From Chitinophagales bacterium (GTDB lineage Bacteria; Bacteroidota; Bacteroidia; Chitinophagales; BACL12): a stretch of DNA of 41,131 nt. Position 1 is the first letter of the stretch. Each line of letters begins with the position of its first letter. Where the stretch lies: positions 1 to 41,131 of the forward strand of contig JACMJP010000092.1 in NCBI GenBank assembly GCA_014380545.1, read 5' to 3'. Position numbers and translations under genes: made by a program. This document shows positions 8,201-16,128 of the stretch, one piece after another. The notes under the pieces were generated by a model, which was not told the origin of the DNA, did no database searches, and saw nothing but the letters and a program-made list of their open reading frames with translations.

Positions 8201-10819
8201 TTGAAAAGTAAAATTTTATACAGTACAACTTCAATTTTAATTCTTTTTATTCTTTCAGGATGTGCATCCGGGAAAAAGTCAAACTTTATTAGCAGGGGAT
8301 ACCACAATATGACTGCTTATAACAACGGATATTTCAATGCAAAAATATCTATGAAGGAAAATGAGGAAATATTTAACACTACCATTGAAGACGATTACAC
8401 AACTATTCTTCCCGTTTTTAAATATCCTGATGATGCGGCTGCCCAAAGTGTACAGGCGGGCATGGATGAGATCATCAAAAAAAACTCTATAGCCATTCAG
8501 TTACATCCGAAAAGCAAATGGGTGGACGATAGTTATTTTTTAATAGGCAAAGCAAATTTTTATAAACATAATTATACAGAGGCGCTCACATCATTTCAAT
8601 ATGTCATAAGCGAATATTCAACTACAAAGAAGAAAAAAAAGAAGAAAAAAAAGGATGATGTAGAAATGAGCATAATTGAAAAATTGCGGCATCAGCCTGT
8701 GCATAATGAATCCAGTTTATGGGTGGTGCGCACTTTAATTGAAATGAAAGAATACAATTCGGCCAATACTGCATTGAGTGTAATTAAAGGCAGTTCAAAA
8801 TTTCCTGAAATATTGTTAGGCGAATTATATGCAGTAGAAGCTGATGCAAATATTAAACAGGGAATGTTAGCGGCGGCAATTGAACCACTTGAAAAAAGTA
8901 TAGCGAACACAAATGATAAAACAACGAGGGCGAGATATCATTTTATTTTATCTCAGCTTTATCAAACAGTAGAGGATGATGCTAAAGCCTTGGATGAATT
9001 AAAAAAAGTTATTGATCTGAAGCCGGACTACAAAATGGATTTTTATGCAAGATTAGGTATTGCAACTCTTTTATTAGATAATTATAGCACTTCCGGTGAA
9101 GGCACAATTAAAATGCTGAGTGAAATGCTGAAGCAGGAAAAGTATAAAGAGTTTTACAGCTTATTATACAATATTCTTGCAGGAATTGAAACGGCAAAAA
9201 AGAATACAGATGCTGCAGTAGAATATTTAAGTCTTGCGGTGCGCAGCGAAGATGCTGATGGCTTACAAAAAGCAATTGCATATATGCAATTGGGTGATAT
9301 AAATTATACGGCAATCGAATACATTAAAGCATATAATTATTACGACAGCAGTTTAATTTCACTTCCTAAAGATCATGAACGTTATCCCGGAATTGTTTTG
9401 CGCAGGGATGGATTAAACGACCTTGTAAAAGAGTTGCAGATCATTGAAACAGAAAAAAAATTACAATATTTTGCTACACTCTCAGATAAAGCATTGGAAT
9501 CAGAATTGGCAAAAATGATCCCCGAAGAGGACAGTAATGATCCCGGCCAGGAATTTCTGGATGATAACACAACAGAAACGACAACCAATGTAACAGCAGG
9601 TTCAACATTTTATTTTTATGATGCCTCTATGCGATCAAGAGGATATAGCGAATTTAAAAAAGCATATGGTAATCGTAAATTAGAAGATAACTGGAGAAGA
9701 AGTGATAAGACATCAGGCAGCTATTCCGAAGAGGAAACAACTGCAGCTAATATTGACACTGTGGCAATAGGCGAAACAATTGACCTTTCAAAAAGTAATA
9801 TTACCAGAGATGAAATTCTTGCAAGTATCCCGAGAACAGATGAACAAAAGGCTGCATCAAATGCGAGAATAGCTATTGCTTTATATAATGCGGGAGGGAT
9901 ATACAAAACAAATTTTGAAAATATTACAAAAGCAAAGGAAAATTTTACGGAGAATATAAATCAATATCCTAAAAATGGTTTAGAGTTACAATCACTATAT
10001 CAGATGTATTTGTTAAGTGATGGAAGTAAAAAGGAAGAATATAAAAATGCTATTCTTTCAAATTATCCAGGGAGTTTATTTGCAAATATTATTAATGATC
10101 ATGATTACATCAGTAAACAAAATAAAAAAGATGTTGCCGTAGAATCATATTACTATACTGCTTATGAAAAATATCAAATGGACTCAATAAATGAATTAAC
10201 GCTCATGCTGCTCAGCGTTGATAGTTTATTTAAAACAAATCCATTAAAACCAAAGTTTGATATGCTTTCTGCATTAGTACTGGCTAAACAAAATAAAACA
10301 GATGAATTTGTAACAGCATTACAGGGAGTAGCAAAAAAATATGCAACAGATGAAGTTGGAATAAAAGCAAAAGAAATTCTTTCCTCAATGGGCAGGGGAG
10401 ATAAGGAAGAGAAGAAAGATGAAGTGATGCCGCCAACATATACATTTAAAAAAGAGGAAGAACAATATTTTGTTGCTGTATTAAATGAAACAGGAAAAAC
10501 GGCATCTGACCTCAAGACAAACATCGCAAATTTTAATGGTGTAAATTTCAGTTTAATGACACTGAAAGTAAGTTCATTGTTGCTCGGGAAAGAAAAAACG
10601 CTGGTGATGGTGAAATCATTTAAAAATGTGGAAGAAGCAATGAATTATTATAATACAATTATTAATGATGGAGATGTAACTAAAAATGTTATAACAGAGG
10701 AATTAACATACTTCGTTATCTCCAAATCCAATTATATACAATTTTATAAAAACAAAGATGTTGAAATGTATGAATTGTTTTTTGACGAAAATTATTTTAA
10801 CGAGGAAGAAGACGAATGA
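8201..10819 (+). CDS. sprE: T9SS periplasmic TPR lipoprotein PorW/SprE
   Basis: Lipobox LSGC; YHNMTAYNNGYFNA; SKWVDDSY; FYFY...GNRKLEDNWRRSDK; TPR repeats; next to bactofilin/atpZ as in other Bacteroidota. Confidence 0.85.
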   Translation: MKSKILYSTTSILILFILSGCASGKKSNFISRGYHNMTAYNNGYFNAKISMKENEEIFNTTIEDDYTTILPVFKYPDDAAAQSVQAGMDEIIKKNSIAIQLHPKSKWVDDSYFLIGKANFYKHNYTEALTSFQYVISEYSTTKKKKKKKKKDDVEMSIIEKLRHQPVHNESSLWVVRTLIEMKEYNSANTALSVIKGSSKFPEILLGELYAVEADANIKQGMLAAAIEPLEKSIANTNDKTTRARYHFILSQLYQTVEDDAKALDELKKVIDLKPDYKMDFYARLGIATLLLDNYSTSGEGTIKMLSEMLKQEKYKEFYSLLYNILAGIETAKKNTDAAVEYLSLAVRSEDADGLQKAIAYMQLGDINYTAIEYIKAYNYYDSSLISLPKDHERYPGIVLRRDGLNDLVKELQIIETEKKLQYFATLSDKALESELAKMIPEEDSNDPGQEFLDDNTTETTTNVTAGSTFYFYDASMRSRGYSEFKKAYGNRKLEDNWRRSDKTSGSYSEEETTAANIDTVAIGETIDLSKSNITRDEILASIPRTDEQKAASNARIAIALYNAGGIYKTNFENITKAKENFTENINQYPKNGLELQSLYQMYLLSDGSKKEEYKNAILSNYPGSLFANIINDHDYISKQNKKDVAVESYYYTAYEKYQMDSINELTLMLLSVDSLFKTNPLKPKFDMLSALVLAKQNKTDEFVTALQGVAKKYATDEVGIKAKEILSSMGRGDKEEKKDEVMPPTYTFKKEEEQYFVAVLNETGKTASDLKTNIANFNGVNFSLMTLKVSSLLLGKEKTLVMVKSFKNVEEAMNYYNTIINDGDVTKNVITEELTYFVISKSNYIQFYKNKDVEMYELFFDENYFNEEEDE

Positions 10820-13110
10820 CATTTAAACAACAGTATTCACGATACAGTAAATACAATCGCTGGTTTTGGCGTATTTTTTTTGGAGGATTAACACTGCTCA
10901 CATTTTTTATTCTGCTTTTATCATTTGGTGTATTTGGTAAATTGCCTTCATTTGAGGAATTGGAAAATCCGCAGAGTTATCTTGCAACGCAAATTCTTTC
11001 CAGCGATGGAGAATTATTGGGAAGATATTATAAAGAAAACAGAACAAACGTTTCTTACCAGGATATTCCACCTTATTTAATTGACGCATTAATTTCAACC
11101 GAAGACAAACGATTTTACGATCATTCAGGAATTGATGCAAAAAGTTTGGGCAGGGTAATTTTTAAAACAATTATCCTGAACCAGGAACAAAGCGGCGGGG
11201 GAAGTACTATAACACAGCAGCTTGCAAAAAATTTATATGGAAGACCAAGTGCTGATCATATTTTTTCACTTGGTTTAATAAAAATAAAAGAATGGGTTAC
11301 TGCATCAAAACTTGAACGCCGTTATACAAAAGAGGAAATTATAACCATGTACCTGAATACTGTAGAATATATTTATGATGCTCATGGTGTTCAAACTGCA
11401 GCAAAAACATTTTTTAATAAATCGGTTGATTCCCTTTCTGTTAATGAAGCGGCAGTATTAGTGGGCATGGTAAAAAATCCTTCATTATATAATCCTATTA
11501 AACATCCTGAAAATGCTTTCGACAGAAAAAATACAGTGCTTGCATTGATGCAGCAAAATGGGAAATTAAGTGAAGCAGATTTTAAAAAATTTAAAGAAGA
11601 TAAAATTGATATCAGCAAATTTAAAAGACAGGATCATAAAAGTGGTGATGCAACTTATTTCAGAGAATATTTGCGTTTGTGGTTATCTGATTGGTGTAAA
11701 AAAAATCCGAAACTGGATGGAACAGAATGGGATATTTACAAAGATGGATTAAGAGTATATACAACACTAAATGCCGATATGCAGCATTATGCCGAACAGG
11801 CAAGTGCAGAATGGCTTACAAAATTGCAAAAATCATTTAATGATCACTGGAAAGGAAATAAATATGAACCGTGGAATTTTCCTTACTCAGGAAGAACGCA
11901 ACCTGATTTAATTGACGATGCTGTGAAAGGCAGCGAAAGATATTATCAATTAAAAAAACAGGGATTAAAAGAAAGTGAGATCATGGAAAATTTTAATACT
12001 CCAATTAAAATGACTGTGTTCACCTGGAAAAATAAATTGCATGACCTCGATACAATAATGAGCCCTTACGATTCAATTAAATATGCAAAAAAATTATTGC
12101 ACCCGGGTTTCATGGCAATAGACCCGCATACTGGTGAAATAAAAGCATGGGTTGGTGGAATTGACATGCGTTATTTTCAGTTAGATCATGTAAACCCGCA
12201 TACAAAAAGACAAGTAGGTTCTACATTTAAACCATTTGTTTATACCGCCGCAATTGCAGATAAAGGATTTTCTCCATGCCAGCAGGTTCCTAATTTACCG
12301 GTAACATTTGAGCGGGGGAAAAAATGGGGATTATTGAGCGACTGGACACCAAAAAATTCTGATGGCAGTTCAGGTGGTATGCTCACATTAAGTATGGGTC
12401 TCGGAAAATCAGTAAATACAATTACAGCATATTTGTTAAGGGAAGTGGGCATTCAGCCTGTAATTGATCTTTCAAAAAATATGGGTATTGAAAGCGAAAT
12501 TCCTTTTCAGCCATCAATTTGTTTAGGGGCAACTGATATTTCTGTGTATGAAATGACCGCAGCTTACACAGCTTATGCAAATAAAGGTGTTGCTGTACGA
12601 CCAATTTTTGTTTCAAGAATTGAAGACAGAAACGGAAATATTATTGTTGAATTTCCTGTAAAAAAAGTGGAGGTAATGCGGGAAGAAATTGCAAGTGTTA
12701 TGCTCACGATGCTGGAATATGTAATCGATCATGGAACAGGGCAGCGTTTAAGAAGAACTGAATACGGCGGCATTACCAGTGAAGTGGCAGGTAAAACCGG
12801 TACTACGCAGGAAAATACAGATGGCTGGTTTATGGGCATGACCCCACAATTGGTATGTGGTGTTTGGGTTGGTGCTGATGATCCTGTTGTGCATTTCCGC
12901 TCCACCTCTTTAGGGCAAGGGGCAAACATGGCGCTTCCTATTTATGGTTTATTTATGCGCAAAGTATATAATGATAAAAGTCTTGGTATAGATGCTAATG
13001 CGAAATTCCCTCCCTTCACCGGCGAAAAAACAATAGAACTCGACTGCACAAAATATGCAACCGCTGATGATAATGTATATGATGATATTATGGAAGGGTA
13101 TGATGAATAA
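10816..13110 (+). CDS. Class A penicillin-binding protein 1A (transglycosylase/transpeptidase)
   Basis: EDKRFYDHSG, GGSTITQQLAKN, STFK (SxxK), SVN (SxN) and KTG motifs. Confidence 0.95.
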   Translation: MTFKQQYSRYSKYNRWFWRIFFGGLTLLTFFILLLSFGVFGKLPSFEELENPQSYLATQILSSDGELLGRYYKENRTNVSYQDIPPYLIDALISTEDKRFYDHSGIDAKSLGRVIFKTIILNQEQSGGGSTITQQLAKNLYGRPSADHIFSLGLIKIKEWVTASKLERRYTKEEIITMYLNTVEYIYDAHGVQTAAKTFFNKSVDSLSVNEAAVLVGMVKNPSLYNPIKHPENAFDRKNTVLALMQQNGKLSEADFKKFKEDKIDISKFKRQDHKSGDATYFREYLRLWLSDWCKKNPKLDGTEWDIYKDGLRVYTTLNADMQHYAEQASAEWLTKLQKSFNDHWKGNKYEPWNFPYSGRTQPDLIDDAVKGSERYYQLKKQGLKESEIMENFNTPIKMTVFTWKNKLHDLDTIMSPYDSIKYAKKLLHPGFMAIDPHTGEIKAWVGGIDMRYFQLDHVNPHTKRQVGSTFKPFVYTAAIADKGFSPCQQVPNLPVTFERGKKWGLLSDWTPKNSDGSSGGMLTLSMGLGKSVNTITAYLLREVGIQPVIDLSKNMGIESEIPFQPSICLGATDISVYEMTAAYTAYANKGVAVRPIFVSRIEDRNGNIIVEFPVKKVEVMREEIASVMLTMLEYVIDHGTGQRLRRTEYGGITSEVAGKTGTTQENTDGWFMGMTPQLVCGVWVGADDPVVHFRSTSLGQGANMALPIYGLFMRKVYNDKSLGIDANAKFPPFTGEKTIELDCTKYATADDNVYDDIMEGYDE

Positions 13111-13124
13111 ATTGTTTGCTACTA

Positions 13125-13514
13125 TCATTCTGTCCTGGACAATTCAAATTGATAATGCTTTTCATAGTCTGTCCATTGACCTAAGATTTTATTATTTGCT
13201 AACGTTCCAACAAATTGCTCCTTTTTATTTTCACTTGCATAAAAGGCATCCATAATAATGTGATTATCTTTTAAACTTCCTTTAACCGGAATAGGAATAT
13301 CATATTTAGTGTATTTATAAAACCCTGTAATTTCATTTTCAACAACACTAATTTCTAATTCAATTGGTATGGATTTATTAATAGATCCAAAAAATGATAG
13401 CTTGTCCATGGCGTCAGGATGATTTCTTAAATTGAAATCAGCAAAGAGTGCCACCACACCTGTAACAGTAGTTATTAGTGTGCATATTAATGCTATTTTT
13501 TTGCCGCTAACCAT
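13125..13514 (-). CDS. Hypothetical protein: N-terminal membrane anchor plus small all-beta (avidin-like) domain
   Basis: 129-aa ORF with its own -7 box; hydrophobic N-terminus; Gly-patterned strands FFGSI, ITGFYKY, VKGSL, FVGTL, ILGQW. Confidence 0.75.
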   Translation of the reverse strand: MVSGKKIALICTLITTVTGVVALFADFNLRNHPDAMDKLSFFGSINKSIPIELEISVVENEITGFYKYTKYDIPIPVKGSLKDNHIIMDAFYASENKKEQFVGTLANNKILGQWTDYEKHYQFELSRTE

Positions 13515-13548
13515 ATATGCATTATAAAAAGTAATTCAAGTCAATACA

Positions 13549-13602
13549 CAAATTTATTCTAACCCATGACTAAAATCAATCTCCAATATCAGTGATTTAT
13601 TT
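13549..13602 (-). promoter_or_regulatory. Promoter of the 129-aa gene: -7 box (13549-13556) plus palindromic operator copy 1 (13573-13602)
   Basis: Minus-strand TAAATTTG; AAATCAATC-N12-GATTTATTT lies 16 bp upstream; 25/30 identical to the copy at 15715-15744. Confidence 0.75.
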
Positions 13603-13661
13603 GATCTAAGAAATTTTGGCCTGGTATGAATTATTATCTTCACTAATTGAACAAAAGATAA

Positions 13662-13698
13662 TTTTCAGCAGAGTCTTATTTAAATGACTCTGCTGAAA
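13662..13698 (-). terminator. Intrinsic terminator of the 618-aa gene
   Basis: 13-bp perfect stem TTTCAGCAGAGTC / GACTCTGCTGAAA with 10-nt loop, 14 nt past the stop codon; U-tail weak. Confidence 0.7.
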
Positions 13699-13712
13699 CT
13701 GAAACCATTATT

Positions 13713-15569
13713 TTAACTTTTACAGAAAGACAACCAATCCTCAATATTGCTATGTTGATTTTCTCCATTTGTTAGTTTTAATTCCACAGACATTATAACT
13801 GTGTAGGCACATTTACTTAAAGTATTTACCGGAACTAAAATGGGATTATGCAATTCAGTGGCTGTTCCAAATGTTTCAACGACTGAACTGACTGGAGTTA
13901 CATTTTCAATAGAATAAGGTCCACCGGGTCCATATAAAGTAAGGCTAACTGCACCCATATTTGGATTAGCAGCTGTATAATTTACATGTATTGCATTCGT
14001 GATAAGTGTGCAACCAGTTCCGCCGCCACCGCCTATCATTTCCTGAATATCTATGCAGGCGACGCCCATCTCATTAGAAATCTGCGGCATCCAAGAACCA
14101 AACTGCGGTACATTTTGATACTCTGTATTAAACATGGCAACTGGATTGGAAACTCCCGCTGTTACTTCTGTAGCAGGGTTACCTACCTGGCGTTTTCTCA
14201 TTCGTATTTTAAAAAATCTGTTTTGTTGAAGAGGAGCTATTGTAGTTGTGGATTGCCCTTGTATCAAGCCCGCCATGTTTAGCACAGCACCATTCAATTT
14301 AGATGTATCAAGACCCAATAACGGTCCGTTAATATTAGGTGCAAAATTGCTCGCTTGTGGCACTGCAATCCATCCGCCTGGATCTACACCGTTGCTTGCA
14401 CCTACAATATAGTCATCTATTATTACAGGATTCATGGGGTCACCAGTAAGTGTATAAAAAGTACCTATTACAGCATCGCACATTTGCGGGGCTAATACTT
14501 TTTTCCATATCCCTATTTCAGCTCCACCAGGACCACTAGTTTCAATTGTATCAAAGCTGTATTCCATTGCCACCCCATTTAATTTTTGGTTGAGGTTACC
14601 CCGCAATTTAATGCAACTGTAAAATGCCTGTCCGGCAGGGGTTTTTCCTGTAGCTAATGCAATTACATTTGGATTACCGCTGGCAATAATCTCATTTATA
14701 AAATGGTTTCCATTGTTTCCAATCTTTGTGAAAGAAGCCGGGATGGGGTCAGGGATAATCTCTATGTCTTTCAAACACAATTCGACACAAAGGCAATAAC
14801 CTACATTATTTCTACGGTTAGCGGCTGTTTCTCCCTGTATGGATAAGCCATTGTATTCGTATTTAAAATATACATCCGGTCCGCTGTTAAAAGTGAGTGA
14901 AACAGGATCTGTTTCAACATTTATCCAGGGCGATAAAAATGTTTGTTTAAAATCAATTGATGTGTAATCAATCCGGAAATGCCCATTAGCATCTGTTATA
15001 GCGCTGCCAAGGTTATCATCCGTTAAAAAATCAGCATCATATGCCGTTATTTTTACATTTGGAATAGGTGTTTTAGTGCCACAAACATACATGTGCCCAC
15101 ATATTACCCAGGCATCAAAATAATATCCCCGAATATAGCACCACCATCTTCCTGTTATGCAATATTCCCATTGATAGTAATAGCTTTCTCTTTCTTTATC
15201 TATTCTCCATTGCGGGTATACAGTGGTAAGATGAAATTGCAAAGGCTCTTTACGGGGTTTGGGTGGTGTACGAGGTACAGTGCCGCAAATAAAGTCAATA
15301 TCAAAAGCTGTTTTACTGTACTTTTCATCCAGTACAAATTCGAAGTTGCCCTTTTCATCGGTTTTTGTAGTGGCAATAAGTAAATCTTTTCTTGCAGCGC
15401 TTTCTTCTTTTGTAACTAAGCGAAAAGTGTCTTTGGTGCTCGCAACTGTATTTTCGACTACCCTTTCTTTTTGCCAGGGCAGGTAGAGAAGTACTTCTAT
15501 ACCATAAAGTGGTTCAGTGCAATCTTCGCAGAGATAACCGCAGAGGGAGCCTTTAAATCTGTATTTCAT
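13713..15569 (-). CDS. Hypothetical Cys-rich protein with two N-terminal transthyretin/prealbumin-like domains
   Basis: 618 aa, 17 Cys, no signal peptide; repeated pattern LIATTKTDEKGNFEF and LGSAITDANGHFRIDY; CGTKTPIPNVKITAYDADFLTDDNL resembles TTR-52-type transthyretin-like domains. Confidence 0.8.
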   Translation of the reverse strand: MKYRFKGSLCGYLCEDCTEPLYGIEVLLYLPWQKERVVENTVASTKDTFRLVTKEESAARKDLLIATTKTDEKGNFEFVLDEKYSKTAFDIDFICGTVPRTPPKPRKEPLQFHLTTVYPQWRIDKERESYYYQWEYCITGRWWCYIRGYYFDAWVICGHMYVCGTKTPIPNVKITAYDADFLTDDNLGSAITDANGHFRIDYTSIDFKQTFLSPWINVETDPVSLTFNSGPDVYFKYEYNGLSIQGETAANRRNNVGYCLCVELCLKDIEIIPDPIPASFTKIGNNGNHFINEIIASGNPNVIALATGKTPAGQAFYSCIKLRGNLNQKLNGVAMEYSFDTIETSGPGGAEIGIWKKVLAPQMCDAVIGTFYTLTGDPMNPVIIDDYIVGASNGVDPGGWIAVPQASNFAPNINGPLLGLDTSKLNGAVLNMAGLIQGQSTTTIAPLQQNRFFKIRMRKRQVGNPATEVTAGVSNPVAMFNTEYQNVPQFGSWMPQISNEMGVACIDIQEMIGGGGGTGCTLITNAIHVNYTAANPNMGAVSLTLYGPGGPYSIENVTPVSSVVETFGTATELHNPILVPVNTLSKCAYTVIMSVELKLTNGENQHSNIEDWLSFCKS

Positions 15570-15589
15570 AATTTTAATTGTTATTTATT

Positions 15590-15660
15590 TTGCCTACTCT
15601 TTCAATACCGGATTTTCAGCTTCTTCCGTTTATAGCAATGCCTTATTAAGACTCTGCTAT
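15590..15660 (-). ncRNA. Candidate structured cis-regulatory 5' leader RNA
   Basis: Minus strand AUAGCAGAGUCUUAAUAAGGCAUUGCUAU hairpin, then CGGAAGAAGCUGAAAAUCCGGUAUUGAAAGAGUAGGC with GCU-GAA / AGUA-GGC loop-E-like arrangement, about 20 nt before the ATG. Confidence 0.45.
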
Positions 15661-15690
15661 TAGACTTACATTTTAAATTTAATTTATTGC

Positions 15691-15744
15691 CAAAAATAAA
15701 CCGCTACTAAACCTAAATCAATCCCCAATAGTGGTGATTGATTT
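15691..15744 (-). promoter_or_regulatory. Promoter of the 618-aa gene: -7 box (15691-15698) plus palindromic operator copy 2 (15715-15744)
   Basis: Minus-strand TATTTTTG; perfect AAATCAATC-N12-GATTGATTT inverted repeat 16 bp upstream. Confidence 0.78.
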
Positions 15745-15762
15745 AACCAAGAAATAAATTAA

Positions 15763-15936
15763 AAGAAAAAAAAGAGTGAAAGCGAATTAGTAAAACATTT
15801 AGATTATCAAAGAGAAAATTTAAGAAACAAATTAAATCATCCGAACAATATTTTATCGCAGTACGAAGCTGAAAGGTTACTTTCTACAGTATTAACTGTA
15901 ATCACAGAAATGATAGAAGAGGTAACAGTGCATTAA
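15763..15936 (+). pseudogene. 3' fragment of a HEPN-like (Rx4H) protein gene
   Basis: Start-less frame KKKKSESELVKHLDYQRENLRNKLNHPNNILSQYEAERLLSTVLTVITEMIEEVTVH*; RNKLNH followed by a helix containing EA. Confidence 0.5.
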
Positions 15937-16070
15937 TAAAAAAAGACTTGTTGAACATGCAGGTGTTTAAAAAAATAATTATTCAAAATAATTTTAACTA
16001 GTAGTTTTCGAAATTCTTTTACGCAATAGTTTAGAATTAATTAAATTTATGGAAATCATTAAAAAAAAAT

Positions 16071-16106
16071 AAAAAATCCCGGCAGATAAATAACCTGCCG
16101 GGAAAA
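16071..16106 (-). terminator. Intrinsic terminator of the 525-aa secreted protein gene
   Basis: TCCCGGCAG-9nt-CTGCCGGGA stem with long A-run on the left (U-tail on minus strand). Confidence 0.8.
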
Positions 16107-16128
16107 TATTATATAATTGAGTATTGTG

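Noticed and set aside
13722-15569. N-terminal CxxxCxxC (CGYLCEDC) of the 618-aa protein as a radical SAM motif
   Set aside because: No aromatic residue before the third Cys, no GGE motif and no TIM-barrel pattern; the context is a beta-sandwich
13111-16128. Islet as an autonomous mobile element or prophage
   Set aside because: No integrase, transposase, tRNA target or clear target-site duplication visible
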